Shown: in pieces, positions 50,539-61,627 of the stretch
How positions within the stretch are numbered: the first letter of the stretch is position 1
How the letters are laid out: each line of letters opens with the position of its first letter
Source: Alphaproteobacteria bacterium
GTDB taxonomy: Bacteria > Pseudomonadota > Alphaproteobacteria > JAUXUR01
Direction of reading: 5' to 3'
Length of the DNA stretch: 64,000 bases
Assembly (NCBI GenBank): GCA_030696155.1
Contig: JAUYSY010000039.1
Coordinates: forward strand, 5,620 to 69,619
Position numbers and translations under genes: made by a program
The notes under the pieces: model-generated
Database searches by the model: none
What the model was told of the DNA's origin: nothing
Seen by the model: the letters and a program-made list of their open reading frames with translations, nothing else

Positions 50539-52404
50539 ATGCTTATCCAAAAAATTACACAAAATTACGATGTCGTGATTGTTGGTGGTGGTCATGCAGG
50601 CACTGAAGCAGCATCAGCATCAGCACGATTAGGGGCTAAAACATTGCTGGTTTCTCATTCATATGAAACAATCGGTGCTATGTCTTGTAATCCAGCCATT
50701 GGTGGCTTAGGGAAAGGCCATTTAGTCCGTGAAATAGATGCACTCGGCGGTTTAATGGGTCTTGCAGCGGACAAAGGTGGCATTCAGTTTCGTGTACTTA
50801 ATCAATCAAAAGGACCTGCTGTTCGTGGTATACGCGCGCAAGCTGATCGAAAATTATATGCATTGGCTGTAAAGGATTTATTAGCACAATATGATAATCT
50901 TGATATTATCGAAGATGAAGCAATCGGTTTTGATACGAATGAAGAAAACAGATTAACAAGCGTTACCTTAAATTTAAATGGTCTTGTGAAATGTGGCGCA
51001 TCAATTATTACAACAGGCACATTTTTGCGTGGTATCATTCATCGCGGTAAAAACACCTATCCAGCCGGACGTATTAATGAAAATCCAGCTAACTTTTTAT
51101 CAGCTTCATTTGAAAAGTTCAATTTTAATTTAGGTCGTCTTAAGACGGGGACGCCGCCACGCCTTTTAAAATCATCTATTAATTGGTCAATTCTTGAAGA
51201 ACAAAAAGGGGATAATCCACCACCACCTTTTTCTTATTTAACAAAAGAAATTACAACACCGCAAATTGCATGTGCACTTACGTACACAAACAAGAATGCG
51301 CATGACATTATTGCCAATAATTTACAAGAATCATCGATGTATTCTGGACAGATTCAATCGATAGGACCACGTTATTGCCCATCAATTGAAGATAAGATTG
51401 TTAAATTTCCAGATAAAGAAGTGCATCATATCTTTTTAGAACCTGAAGGACTTGATTCTGATCTTGTATACCCAAACGGTATTTCAACATCAATGTCAGA
51501 ACCAATTCAAGATGCTTTTATTAAATCACTTGTTGGTCTAGAAAATGCTATTATTCAACAATATGGTTATGCCATTGAATATGATTATATCGATCCGCGT
51601 GAACTTAAACACAATCTTGAAACTAAAAAAGTTAAAGGATTGTTTCTGGCCGGTCAAATAAATGGGACGACAGGATACGAAGAAGCAGGTGCTCAAGGAT
51701 TGATTGCAGGATTAAATGCAGCTTTTTTATGTAGTAATGCTGAACCATTTACATTGTCACGAACGGAATCATATATTGGTGTGATGATAGATGATTTGGT
51801 CACTAAAGGAACAATCGAACCCTATCGCATGTTTACATCGCGTGCGGAACACCGACTTGTTTTACGATCAGACAATGCTGATCAACGTTTAACGCCTTAT
51901 GGTATAAAACATAGTTTCATATCCTCTGAACGCGTCAATCATTTTAATATCAAGACTAATGAACTTAATAAAATGCGTACTTATTTAGATTCAATTAAAA
52001 CATCTTCAACTGAATTGTTAAAAATGGGTTTTGTTATAGCTCAAGATGGTAAGGTTAGATCCTTACAAGAATTGTTACGTAATAATGATATTACTCTACC
52101 TTTTTTATCTGACAAATTTCCGGAATTAAAAAAACTTAATACTGATTTATTAGAGCAAATTGATATTGAAGAAAAATATCATTTTTATATTCAACGTCAA
52201 AAAGAAGATATAGAACGTGTAACGCGTGAAGAATCACTTATCATTCCTGAGAATATTGATTATACTTCTTTGGGTACCCTTTCTAAAGAAGAGCAGATGA
52301 AGCTCAAACAAATTTGTCCGCCAAATCTTGCTGCGGCTTCTCGTATTCCTGGTATTACACCTTCTGCCTTAACGTCATTGTATCGCTACATCAAAAAGAA
52401 ATAA
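50539..52404 (+). CDS. mnmG: tRNA uridine modification enzyme MnmG (GidA)
   Basis: [37 protein letters not shown]. Confidence 0.98.
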   Translation: MLIQKITQNYDVVIVGGGHAGTEAASASARLGAKTLLVSHSYETIGAMSCNPAIGGLGKGHLVREIDALGGLMGLAADKGGIQFRVLNQSKGPAVRGIRAQADRKLYALAVKDLLAQYDNLDIIEDEAIGFDTNEENRLTSVTLNLNGLVKCGASIITTGTFLRGIIHRGKNTYPAGRINENPANFLSASFEKFNFNLGRLKTGTPPRLLKSSINWSILEEQKGDNPPPPFSYLTKEITTPQIACALTYTNKNAHDIIANNLQESSMYSGQIQSIGPRYCPSIEDKIVKFPDKEVHHIFLEPEGLDSDLVYPNGISTSMSEPIQDAFIKSLVGLENAIIQQYGYAIEYDYIDPRELKHNLETKKVKGLFLAGQINGTTGYEEAGAQGLIAGLNAAFLCSNAEPFTLSRTESYIGVMIDDLVTKGTIEPYRMFTSRAEHRLVLRSDNADQRLTPYGIKHSFISSERVNHFNIKTNELNKMRTYLDSIKTSSTELLKMGFVIAQDGKVRSLQELLRNNDITLPFLSDKFPELKKLNTDLLEQIDIEEKYHFYIQRQKEDIERVTREESLIIPENIDYTSLGTLSKEEQMKLKQICPPNLAAASRIPGITPSALTSLYRYIKKK

Positions 52405-52405
52405 C

Positions 52406-53005
52406 ATGAACAATCTGAAAAATGTTTCACGTGAAACAAAAAACAAAATAGAGCAATATGTCGAAATACTCCTTAAATGGAACCAAAAAATTAATTTAAT
52501 CGGTAAAAGCACTGAATCAATTGTTTGGGAAAGACATATTGAAGATTGTTGGCGTTTACAAGAAATCATTCAAAATAAAAATGAATCAATCGTTGATTTA
52601 GGTTCAGGGGCAGGATTACCAGGATTATTATTCAGTCTCAACAATTATGATAATGTTACATTGATTGAGTCAGATTTAAAAAAAACGGCTTTTTTACGAC
52701 ATATTAAGGGGCAACTCAATTTAAATACAAAAATCATTGAAGATCGTATTGAAAAGCATCTGGATATTCAGTACGATTGGGTTACGGCGCGCGCTTTTGC
52801 TTCTTTAATCGATATTTTGCCACTCGCTAATAAACTTTTAAAAGAAGAAGGCAAAGTCTGTTTACTAAAAGGCACGAAAATAGCAGATGAAATAAAGGAA
52901 GCTCAACAAAAATATCTTTTTGAGTTTCAATTAATCGAAAATCCTAACCCCAATTTTGGTCAAATAGTGATCATTTCAAAAATTGAAACAAAGAAAAATA
53001 ATTAA
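52406..53005 (+). CDS. rsmG: 16S rRNA m7G527 methyltransferase RsmG
   Basis: KWNQKINL, DLGSGAGLPG, TARAFA. Confidence 0.95.
   Translation: MNNLKNVSRETKNKIEQYVEILLKWNQKINLIGKSTESIVWERHIEDCWRLQEIIQNKNESIVDLGSGAGLPGLLFSLNNYDNVTLIESDLKKTAFLRHIKGQLNLNTKIIEDRIEKHLDIQYDWVTARAFASLIDILPLANKLLKEEGKVCLLKGTKIADEIKEAQQKYLFEFQLIENPNPNFGQIVIISKIETKKNN
52423..52438. promoter_or_regulatory. parS site inside rsmG
   Basis: TGTTTCACGTGAAACA, read as (N)VSRET. Confidence 0.92.
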
Positions 53006-53006
53006 A

Positions 53007-53801
53007 ATGCCAAAAATGCTTAAAATACCTAAAATCATTGCTATTGCGAACCAAAAAGGTGGGGTGGGCAAAACAACAACAAGTATTAATTTAGCGACTG
53101 CTTTATCGACAATTAATAAAAAAACACTTCTTATTGATCTGGATCCTCAGGGAAATGCAAGTACCGGACTTGGTATTAGCACCGACCAACGGCATTATGG
53201 AACCTACGAACTTATGATTCAGGATATGCCCATTGAACAATGCGTTGTGAAGACAGAGATTCCAAACCTTTATGTTATTCCTTCGAATGAACATCTCTCG
53301 GGCGCCGAATTAGAACTTATTGATCATGACAAACGCGAATTTAAATTACGTAAGAATTTACGTGATAATTTAATTGATTATGATTTTGTATTAATAGATT
53401 GCCCACCCGCTTTAGGGCTACTAAACATTAACGCTTTTTCTGCATCCGATAGTATATTGGTTCCTTTACAATGTGAATTTTATGCACTTGAAGGATTAAG
53501 TCATCTGATGCGCACCATTCAGCGTATTCGCACAAATTTTAACCCTGATCTTGATTTGCAAGGGATTGTGCTTACAATGTATGATAAACGTAATAATTTA
53601 TCAGATTTGGTAGCACATGATGTACGTTCGTTTTTTGGTGAAAAAGTTTACCAAACTGTGATTCCTCGTAATGTTAAAATTTCAGAAGCCCCTTCACACG
53701 GCAAACCAGCCATCATTTATGATTACAAATGCGCTGGATCGCAGGCTTATATTCATCTTGCTAAAGAACTGATTAAACGTGAAAAGATAATGGTGCATTA
53801 A
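53007..53801 (+). CDS. parA: Chromosome partitioning ATPase ParA
   Basis: NQKGGVGKTTT, DLDPQGNAS, DCPPALG, SEAPSHG; start uncertain. Confidence 0.96.
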   Translation: MPKMLKIPKIIAIANQKGGVGKTTTSINLATALSTINKKTLLIDLDPQGNASTGLGISTDQRHYGTYELMIQDMPIEQCVVKTEIPNLYVIPSNEHLSGAELELIDHDKREFKLRKNLRDNLIDYDFVLIDCPPALGLLNINAFSASDSILVPLQCEFYALEGLSHLMRTIQRIRTNFNPDLDLQGIVLTMYDKRNNLSDLVAHDVRSFFGEKVYQTVIPRNVKISEAPSHGKPAIIYDYKCAGSQAYIHLAKELIKREKIMVH

Positions 53802-54703
53802 TGGAAAATAATTCTAAAAGAAAACAACTTGGCAAAGGATTATCTGCACTTTTTGGTGATCAAGCAAGTGATTATAAGGAATTGGATAAGGTTCAGTCCA
53901 TCAGATTTATCAATATCCAGCATCTTCAAAAGGGTCAATTTCAGCCACGTAAACATTTTGCAGAAACTGAACTCAATGAACTTAAAGAATCAATACTATC
54001 GAAAGGGGTGTTGCAACCTATTTTAGTAAGACGCAATCCAGGTCAAAATAATCAATATGAAATTATTGCAGGTGAAAGACGTTGGCGTGCAGCCATTGAA
54101 GCAGGTCTTAAAGAAATACCCGTTATTATTAAAGATTTTAAAGATGCTGAAGTTTTAGAAGTAGGCCTTATTGAAAATCTTATTCGTCAAAATTTAAATC
54201 CACTTGAAGAGGCTGAAGGCTATGAACGTCTTCTTAAAGAATTTTCTTATTCTCAAGAGCAATTAGCTGAAACGCTTCATAAAAGCCGCTCTCATATTGC
54301 TAATACATTAAGATTGCTACAATTGCCTGATGATATTAAAGAAAAATTAAGAAACGGCGAAATAAGCTCCGGACACGCACGTGCGCTTTTGCGCTTCGAT
54401 GATCCCCAAATCGCCTTAAATGCTATTATAGATCAAAAATTATCCGTTCGTGATATTGAAAAAATGGCTCAGGATGCATCCCAAGAAAAATCACCTACCC
54501 CTCCACGAAAGAAACAAAATATCAATCAATTGACAACAAATCCAGATGTTGTTGTCTTGGAAGAAAGCCTTAAACGTGCATTAGGTTTAGATGTTAAAAT
54601 CCTTTCAAATGGGAACCAAGGAAGTGTTACCCTTAATTATGATAATTTGCTTGAATTGGATGACATCATTACGCGTCTGACTAAAGGGTATAAAATTCAA
54701 TAA
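53801..54703 (+). CDS. parB: Chromosome partitioning protein ParB
   Basis: LGKGLSAL, QPRKHF, GERRWRA, KSRSHIANTLRLL. Confidence 0.96.
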   Translation: MENNSKRKQLGKGLSALFGDQASDYKELDKVQSIRFINIQHLQKGQFQPRKHFAETELNELKESILSKGVLQPILVRRNPGQNNQYEIIAGERRWRAAIEAGLKEIPVIIKDFKDAEVLEVGLIENLIRQNLNPLEEAEGYERLLKEFSYSQEQLAETLHKSRSHIANTLRLLQLPDDIKEKLRNGEISSGHARALLRFDDPQIALNAIIDQKLSVRDIEKMAQDASQEKSPTPPRKKQNINQLTTNPDVVVLEESLKRALGLDVKILSNGNQGSVTLNYDNLLELDDIITRLTKGYKIQ

Positions 54704-55682
54704 AAAATTGATTCAGCGTTTGCAAGGGATCTTTTTTTGTCTCTCGTAATTCTTCTTCAAGCCTATTTATTTTGAAAAGCAAATTGCTTAAAACTTTTAC
54801 TGGATAAAAAGATTTTAACGTTGGAAGAGAAGGTGTAATTAATTTGATGACATAAGGAGAGATTCCTTCAAAATTGGTAGGTAATACATTTATATCAGTT
54901 GTTGTTAGATAATAAATTTTCTTCACATATTTTAAAAAGGACCGTGCTATAAAATGAGGATCAACAAGCTGCGATTGTACATAATCCAATAATTTGGAAA
55001 GTGCATGTTTTTTTTTAAGAAGCAAATCTAAAAATAAGTTATCAATATGTTTAAATCCGGCATGTTCTGTAAATTTTTCTATATCATCATCTGTTACTAA
55101 CTTTGTATCATAAATGTAAAGCTCAATTGACCTTAATTGATGATTCATCAGTTGAAAATCATCTTCTAAGACATCTGACAAAAGCTGCGCATGATGTGGT
55201 GAAAGCTGAATAGAAGACGTTTTAAAAAATTGGTCTATATAATTTTTTTTTTCAGCAAATTTAAAAGAGTAAGCAGAAACAAAATAAAATGTATTATGCA
55301 CATCATATTTTGAAAGGTTTTTATATAATAAAGGAATATGCGATAAATCAATGTAACAATAAATTGATTCCTTCGTTTTTAAAAAATCAATAAAAGGTAA
55401 AACATATTTTTCTGGCAAATTAGAACAATTCACAAAAATACTTTTACAGAAAAAATTTTGAGCTTTAGATATCGTTTTTTCAATAGATTCTAACGGTGTT
55501 TTAGATGATTTTAAATCCACTGAAATTGTTGAAAATTTTTCAATATGTAATTCAAAAAAATTCTTTGTACACTTAACTATATGATCAAGCTGCGATTTAT
55601 CGCTACCATAGGATAATATAGCTTTCGGTAATATTTTAGCATTTTTAAGATAATTTTCGAATTGTAAAATATTACCCTTCAT
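54681..55682 (-). CDS. holA: DNA polymerase III delta subunit, divergent
   Basis: Size, AILSYGSD start motif and position leuS-lptE-holA convergent on parB. Confidence 0.7.
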   Translation of the reverse strand: MKGNILQFENYLKNAKILPKAILSYGSDKSQLDHIVKCTKNFFELHIEKFSTISVDLKSSKTPLESIEKTISKAQNFFCKSIFVNCSNLPEKYVLPFIDFLKTKESIYCYIDLSHIPLLYKNLSKYDVHNTFYFVSAYSFKFAEKKNYIDQFFKTSSIQLSPHHAQLLSDVLEDDFQLMNHQLRSIELYIYDTKLVTDDDIEKFTEHAGFKHIDNLFLDLLLKKKHALSKLLDYVQSQLVDPHFIARSFLKYVKKIYYLTTTDINVLPTNFEGISPYVIKLITPSLPTLKSFYPVKVLSNLLFKINRLEEELRETKKDPLQTLNQFFIEFYTL

Positions 55683-56167
55683 TGAATATCTTTTTGTAAA
55701 GCTGTAATACGTTGAATAATATCATTAGCAATTTCACGCAATATCTTACGTTTAATATCTTCTTCATTAACGATTGAGGCATAAATAGAACCAGGGATCG
55801 TTACAATATCTGATTTTTCAGTTGTTAATGTTTTTAAAAAACCTTTTTTATTAGAAATTGTCGTTTTTGCTGTAAGTGTAATCCGCATCACAGAAGATGA
55901 TAGATCTTGATTGTATCCTATACCTGTTGATTCATATGCTAAATTAACTTGCAACAAAATGGAATTATTAAGTTCTGAAATAAAATGTAATCGTTCAATT
56001 AACATATTGCGTAATTCTTGACCCAAACGTTCTTGAATAGCAGAAATTTGAATAAAAGATTTTGAATTTTTGGATTCTAAAGAATTTTGGTAATATAATG
56101 GCCTGACAGTACAAGCAGCAAATAATACCAATAAACTTAGATATCCAATTTTTTTAAATAAGTACAT
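55679..56167 (-). CDS. lptE: LPS assembly lipoprotein LptE
   Basis: Lipobox FAAC followed by [12 protein letters not shown]; between leuS and holA. Confidence 0.75.
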   Translation of the reverse strand: MYLFKKIGYLSLLVLFAACTVRPLYYQNSLESKNSKSFIQISAIQERLGQELRNMLIERLHFISELNNSILLQVNLAYESTGIGYNQDLSSSVMRITLTAKTTISNKKGFLKTLTTEKSDIVTIPGSIYASIVNEEDIKRKILREIANDIIQRITALQKDIQ

Positions 56168-58721
56168 TAACAATCCGTCCTGAAACATAAATTACTTTTT
56201 TGATTTTCGCATCACCGATAGTTTTAAGAACATTATCATGACTTAATGCTCTTTTTTTAACATCCTCTTCCAAATCATCACGTTTTATAATAATAGAGCC
56301 ACGTAATTTACCATTCACTTGAATTGCGATAGGCAGCTCGTCATCAATTACAAGCGTCGCATCAAATTTTGGCCATGATGTGTCATGACATTTTGATTCT
56401 GGATTAATACGCCCCCACAATTCTTCTGCTAAATGCGGCATAAGTGGATTCAACATAAGAATCAACGCATCAAGCGCTTCTTTAACAGACCATTTTACAT
56501 CTATAAGCTGACTAAGATTATATGATTCTAAAAAGTTCGTAAATTCACGAATTTGTGCGACAACTCTATTAAACTTAAACTTTTCAATGTCATTTGTTAC
56601 AGACTGAATTGTTTTATGCGTCATACGTCTTAATGAAAGCGCATGATCACTGAAAGAATTTGGCATTGCAAATTGTCCATCACCAAGAAAAGATTCAAGG
56701 TTTTCTATAAGCAACCATAACCGATTGATATAACGCCAAGATCCATCAATACCACTTGATGTCCATTCCAAATCTTTTTCGGGCGGACTATCAGAAAGCA
56801 TAAACAGACGCGTCGCGTCTGCGCCATAGGTCATAATCATGTCATCTGTATCGACAACATTTTTCTTAGATTTACTCATTTTTTCAGTACGACCAACAAT
56901 AACATTAGATCCATCTGAAATTTTAATAATTGACCCATCATCTTTTTTTGTAATTTCTTGAGGCGTCAACCAATTACCATGCGCGTCTTTATACGTTTCA
57001 TGGCAAACCATACCTTGCGTCATAAGTGCTTTGAAGGGTTCAGAAATGTCTATTTTTCCACATTTTTTTAAAGCTTTTGTAAAAAAACGTGCATATAAAA
57101 GGTGCAAAATAGCATGTTCAATACCACCAATATATTGATCAACTGGAAGCCAATAATTAACATCTTGCTTGTTAAATGGTTGATCTTTTAAAGTGGGTGA
57201 ACAAAAACGTGCAAAATACCAAGAAGAGTCAAAAAATGTATCAAGTGTATCTGTTTCACGTTTAGCGTGACGTCCACATTTGGGACAGTTCACTTTTTTA
57301 AACGTTGGATGACGATCAAGGGGATTTCCAGGAATTGAAAAATCAACATCATCAGGCAATTCAATAGGTAAATCTGAAATAGGCGCAGGTTGAACGCCAC
57401 ATTGATCGCAATGAATGACGGGAATAGGACATCCCCAATAACGTTGACGTGATATACCCCAATCACGTAAACGATAAACTGTCATAGAATTGCCTTCACG
57501 CAATTCTTCTAAACGTAAGATTGTAGCTTGTTTGGCGTCTTCAACATTCATATTATTTAAAAAATCTGAATTAATAAGCGTACCATCCCCTAAATAAGGA
57601 TCTTTCGTATAATCATGAAACTTACCACCAAGTGGTGCAAGAACAGGTAAAATAGGAAGATTATACTTTTTGGCAAATTCAAAATCGCGTTGATCATGTG
57701 CAGGACAACCATAAATAGCACCCAAACCGTAATCCATTAATACATAATTAACGACATATAAAGGTATTTCTAAATGAGGTATGAAAGGATGACGTAATTT
57801 ATAACCTGTGTCATATCCAACTTTATCAAGCGTATCAATATCGCGTTCTGACGTTTTAATTTGGCGACATTCACGTTGAAATTCTCGTAAAGACCCATCA
57901 GATTCCGCAATTTTAACGGCAAAAGGATGATCAGGCGCAATCGCACAAAAAGAAGCACCATACAAAGTATCAGGTCTTGTCGTATAAACATCAATTGTTT
58001 CGCGAGATGTGCCTATCACTTTAAAAGCAATTTTAGCGCCTAGTGACTTACCAATCCAATTACGTTGCATGATACGAACGCGTTCGGGCCAATCTTCTAA
58101 GTCATCAATATCATTCAATAATTCTTCAGAAAAATCAGTAATTTTCATAAACCACTGTTTTAACAAACGTCTTTCGACTTGAGCCCCAGAACGCCACCCT
58201 TTACCATCGATAACTTGTTCATTGGCAAGAACGGTATTTTCAATTGGATCCCAATTAACCCAACTTTCTTTTTGATAAATGAGACCATTTTCATAAAAAT
58301 CTAAAAACAAACGTTGCTGATGTTTATAATAATCAGGCGAACAAGTTGCAATTTCATAATCCCAATCATATGAAAGCCCAATCGTATTTAACTGAACTTT
58401 CATCGCTTCTATGTTTTTAAGCGTCCATTCTTTTGGGTGAATCTTTTTTTCCATAGCCGCGTTTTCTGCGGGCAATCCAAAAGAATCCCACCCCATGGGA
58501 TGTAATACATTGAATCCTTGTGCTTTTTTAAAGCGCGCAATGACATCGCCTAAAGTATAATTTCGAACATGCCCGATATGAATACGGCCAGAAGGATAAG
58601 GAAACATTTCAAGCACAAAATATTTGGGTTTGGATGGATCACGTTTTGTCTGAAATATCTTTTGATCACGCCAATAAGCCTGCCATTTTGTTTCTATTTC
58701 TCGAAAATTATACCGTGACAT
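56154..58721 (-). CDS. leuS: Leucine-tRNA ligase
   Basis: [35 protein letters not shown]. Confidence 0.98.
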   Translation of the reverse strand: MSRYNFREIETKWQAYWRDQKIFQTKRDPSKPKYFVLEMFPYPSGRIHIGHVRNYTLGDVIARFKKAQGFNVLHPMGWDSFGLPAENAAMEKKIHPKEWTLKNIEAMKVQLNTIGLSYDWDYEIATCSPDYYKHQQRLFLDFYENGLIYQKESWVNWDPIENTVLANEQVIDGKGWRSGAQVERRLLKQWFMKITDFSEELLNDIDDLEDWPERVRIMQRNWIGKSLGAKIAFKVIGTSRETIDVYTTRPDTLYGASFCAIAPDHPFAVKIAESDGSLREFQRECRQIKTSERDIDTLDKVGYDTGYKLRHPFIPHLEIPLYVVNYVLMDYGLGAIYGCPAHDQRDFEFAKKYNLPILPVLAPLGGKFHDYTKDPYLGDGTLINSDFLNNMNVEDAKQATILRLEELREGNSMTVYRLRDWGISRQRYWGCPIPVIHCDQCGVQPAPISDLPIELPDDVDFSIPGNPLDRHPTFKKVNCPKCGRHAKRETDTLDTFFDSSWYFARFCSPTLKDQPFNKQDVNYWLPVDQYIGGIEHAILHLLYARFFTKALKKCGKIDISEPFKALMTQGMVCHETYKDAHGNWLTPQEITKKDDGSIIKISDGSNVIVGRTEKMSKSKKNVVDTDDMIMTYGADATRLFMLSDSPPEKDLEWTSSGIDGSWRYINRLWLLIENLESFLGDGQFAMPNSFSDHALSLRRMTHKTIQSVTNDIEKFKFNRVVAQIREFTNFLESYNLSQLIDVKWSVKEALDALILMLNPLMPHLAEELWGRINPESKCHDTSWPKFDATLVIDDELPIAIQVNGKLRGSIIIKRDDLEEDVKKRALSHDNVLKTIGDAKIKKVIYVSGRIVNVLI

Positions 58722-58736
58722 CTTCAACCTCAATTT

Positions 58737-59234
58737 TTATTTCTTATCTTTTTGGCGTAATTCGCTTGCTCTAGATAAAATTGCATTTTCAAAATATGCT
58801 ATCGTATCTTTTGACACATTTGCGTTTTCCCATTTATCCATTAGGTTTTTCACTTTTTTATATATCTTAAGGGATAAAGCGTCAGCTCTCAATTCTTTTG
58901 AATCAATTGTTACAACAATTTTAAACATTTCATTTGGATTTTCAACTAAAGTATGCCAATCCGTGATAATCGCACCCGCATAAGGATCAGCAGATGAAAT
59001 GGGAAGAATAGAAGAAAGTACATCTAAAGAAGCATGCCATAAATAACGATTTACTTTAATAGCATTTTCATCAATTTTTTTATCATCGTTTATGCCACCA
59101 ATTTTTATTCCTTGGCTTCCTAAAATACTACCAAAACGATATAAATCTTTATGTGAGGATGGATACGTATTTTCAATTTTTGGATTTGTACAAGCCGAGA
59201 GTGTGAGTAACAGACCTAGAATGCGTAATTTCAT
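58737..59234 (-). CDS. DUF3576-like lipoprotein
   Basis: LSAC lipobox; VNRYLWHASLDVLS, SADPYAGAIITDW; usual neighbour of leuS. Confidence 0.8.
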   Translation of the reverse strand: MKLRILGLLLTLSACTNPKIENTYPSSHKDLYRFGSILGSQGIKIGGINDDKKIDENAIKVNRYLWHASLDVLSSILPISSADPYAGAIITDWHTLVENPNEMFKIVVTIDSKELRADALSLKIYKKVKNLMDKWENANVSKDTIAYFENAILSRASELRQKDKK

Positions 59235-59259
59235 GAATATTTCCATTAATACTGAATAT

Positions 59260-59285
59260 AAAAAAAGGGCGGTAAAAACCGCCCT
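59260..59285 (-). terminator. Intrinsic terminator of porin gene
   Basis: AGGGCGGT-AAAA-ACCGCCCT with U-tract on minus strand. Confidence 0.8.
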
Positions 59286-59312
59286 AATTCTAGCAAAAAA
59301 GGAAAGTATTGT

Positions 59313-60635
59313 CTACCAATCGATTTTTGAACCGATAAGCACAACAGAACGGTGATCGCGATCACGACGTTCATGGCTACGCTTTAATTTACGATGTGTG
59401 CCAGTTGCTTCAGTGAAAACACTTAAACCGCTTGCGACTTTGTACGTAGCACCACCTGAAACAACACTTGCCTTGTTTTTACCGCAGATAGTTGTGTCAT
59501 CTGCTGTACGCATATTGGCATAGTTTGTACCAATAATAACAGGACCTGCTTCATATTGAAGTCCAATGCTCCAACCACGTTCTTTACCTTTAGAAAGACG
59601 TGCAATTTTATGAGTACCTTTGAAATAACCAGAACGGTTATTGTTCACCCAGCTACCACCAAGGGTATAGCCAGCGTAAACTAATTGACCACCAAAACCA
59701 TATGAATTTAAATCATCATATTTTCTACCAGGAAACTTAAGTGCTTTTCCTTGAGCACCAGTTGCCGATAAGAAAAGACCAACACCATCAAAGGTATTAA
59801 TATAATTTAGACCATATTCAACAATATTTTCAAAATTTTCATCACTTAATTTTGAAAATCCTGGATCAGTCAAGGCTACACGATTTCTTTTAATAAGGCG
59901 TCCACGGCGACCATTTGTTGGTGTAAAGGAAACACCTGCTTGAAAACCTTCATAACGTGGCGTTAAATAAGAAACTTTAAGTGATCTAAATGATCCCTTT
60001 GGAATGTAAGGCGTATCAACAACTTCTGAACCTAAGAAATCTTGATAAAGTCCATCAAATCCGCCAGTACCAAAAGAAGCTGGTGCGTAATAAAAAAGTT
60101 CGTTAGCAACGCCATCATTAGAACCAGCTTCAATGCGACCAACATCATCTTTTGAAACATACATATAGACTTTATCAGCATTGATAAGATGCGCTTTACC
60201 TGGATTATCAGGCGATCCTATAATAACACCAGAATAATTTTTTTGACCTGGAATGCCTTTAATGGCAATTGGTCTGTCAATTTTTTGTGAATTGCCTGGA
60301 TTGGCTTCAAGCTGTACTTCAGCACCATATTTAACATTATCTTTTGTGATGGCATCAGCTTTAACGATTACTTCAGCATCCATAAAGAAATCACCCTTAC
60401 GTCTTTTATAAGGAATATTTTTGACAAGATTATTATCTGCATCATACTTTGAAATCAAATCTTTATCTTTATGTTCGTGATGATTATGAACCATCCCACC
60501 AATAAATTTAAAAAAACCGCCGGTTGTGACTTTCATTGTTGGATCAACTTTAGCTATATTAGCATCTACATTTTGGGCAAAGCCAAAAGTCAGCGCCATA
60601 GCAAGCGTCGAAGACGCTACCAATTTTGTAAACAT
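59313..60635 (-). CDS. Outer-membrane porin
   Basis: Signal peptide, YGAEVQLE, GRIEAG, KVSYLTPRYEGFQAGVSFTP, C-terminal W. Confidence 0.85.
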   Translation of the reverse strand: MFTKLVASSTLAMALTFGFAQNVDANIAKVDPTMKVTTGGFFKFIGGMVHNHHEHKDKDLISKYDADNNLVKNIPYKRRKGDFFMDAEVIVKADAITKDNVKYGAEVQLEANPGNSQKIDRPIAIKGIPGQKNYSGVIIGSPDNPGKAHLINADKVYMYVSKDDVGRIEAGSNDGVANELFYYAPASFGTGGFDGLYQDFLGSEVVDTPYIPKGSFRSLKVSYLTPRYEGFQAGVSFTPTNGRRGRLIKRNRVALTDPGFSKLSDENFENIVEYGLNYINTFDGVGLFLSATGAQGKALKFPGRKYDDLNSYGFGGQLVYAGYTLGGSWVNNNRSGYFKGTHKIARLSKGKERGWSIGLQYEAGPVIIGTNYANMRTADDTTICGKNKASVVSGGATYKVASGLSVFTEATGTHRKLKRSHERRDRDHRSVVLIGSKIDW

Positions 60636-60806
60636 TCTAAACTCCAAGTCTTCTAATAGGGTAATCTTTGATGTTATTATTAACAAGCCCGATTATCGTT
60701 GTGTGCATTTCGGGATGCAATCGCTATCGGTATTTGTAAGCATGAATTACCCAATAATGTGTTGTAATCGCAACAAAAATGAAATCCCCTTAGGTTGAAA
60801 AGCAAT

Positions 60807-61451
60807 ATGTATGAAAATGAAAAAATATTAAACAAAATCAAAATATTAGATAATTTTCTTAAAAATTACCCTGATGCACGTCTTTTAATTGTAACAAAAG
60901 GACAAAATGTAGAAACGATCAATTTTTTAATAAATAATGAAATTAATGCGTTTGGAGAAAACAAAATTCAAGAAATAAAAAATAAATTTAAAAATTTAAA
61001 AAATAAATCCATTCATTTTATAGGGCGTATTCAAACAAATAAAATTGATGATATTGTAACACATTGTATTGTTATACATTCATTAGATCGAGTAGATGTT
61101 GCTAAAAAATTTTCTGATATAGAAAAAAAATTTAATATTCAAAGAGACTATTTTATTCAAATGAATTTAGCAAAAGAAGCACAAAAAGGTGGTATTTTTG
61201 AAGAAGATTTAGAAAAATTTTTAATAGAAACAAAAGAAAATTTAAAATTAAATGTTAAGGGATTGATGTTGATACCACCCCAAGATGAAGATCCGACACC
61301 TTATTTTAGACGGTTGAAATTATTAACAGATATGTATGGATTAAAGGAACGCAGCATGGGGATGAGTCATGATTATAAAATAGCACTAAATGAAGGGGCG
61401 ACAATTATAAGGATAGGGTCGTATATTTTTAACGATGACAAATCAACTTAA
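60807..61451 (+). CDS. yggS: PLP homeostasis protein YggS
   Basis: IVTK, FGENKIQE, HFIGRIQTNK, SMGMSHDY, IRIGSYIF; start uncertain. Confidence 0.92.
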   Translation: MYENEKILNKIKILDNFLKNYPDARLLIVTKGQNVETINFLINNEINAFGENKIQEIKNKFKNLKNKSIHFIGRIQTNKIDDIVTHCIVIHSLDRVDVAKKFSDIEKKFNIQRDYFIQMNLAKEAQKGGIFEEDLEKFLIETKENLKLNVKGLMLIPPQDEDPTPYFRRLKLLTDMYGLKERSMGMSHDYKIALNEGATIIRIGSYIFNDDKST

Positions 61452-61627
61452 TACGTTTACTATACGAAAGCATCCTAAAACGCTATTAATTTATCCTTCA
61501 GAAACCACTCAACTTTCAAAACAGCAACAATCCATTACAATTTTTATTAATGATTGTTGACCTTTAATAAAAAACTAACTATATGTGGGTTACGTTGTAT
61601 TTGGACCTATTCTTAAAAGGGAACAAA

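Noticed and set aside
57252-57267. Third parS in leuS
   Set aside because: Only a half site (TGTTTCACGT then TTAGCG)
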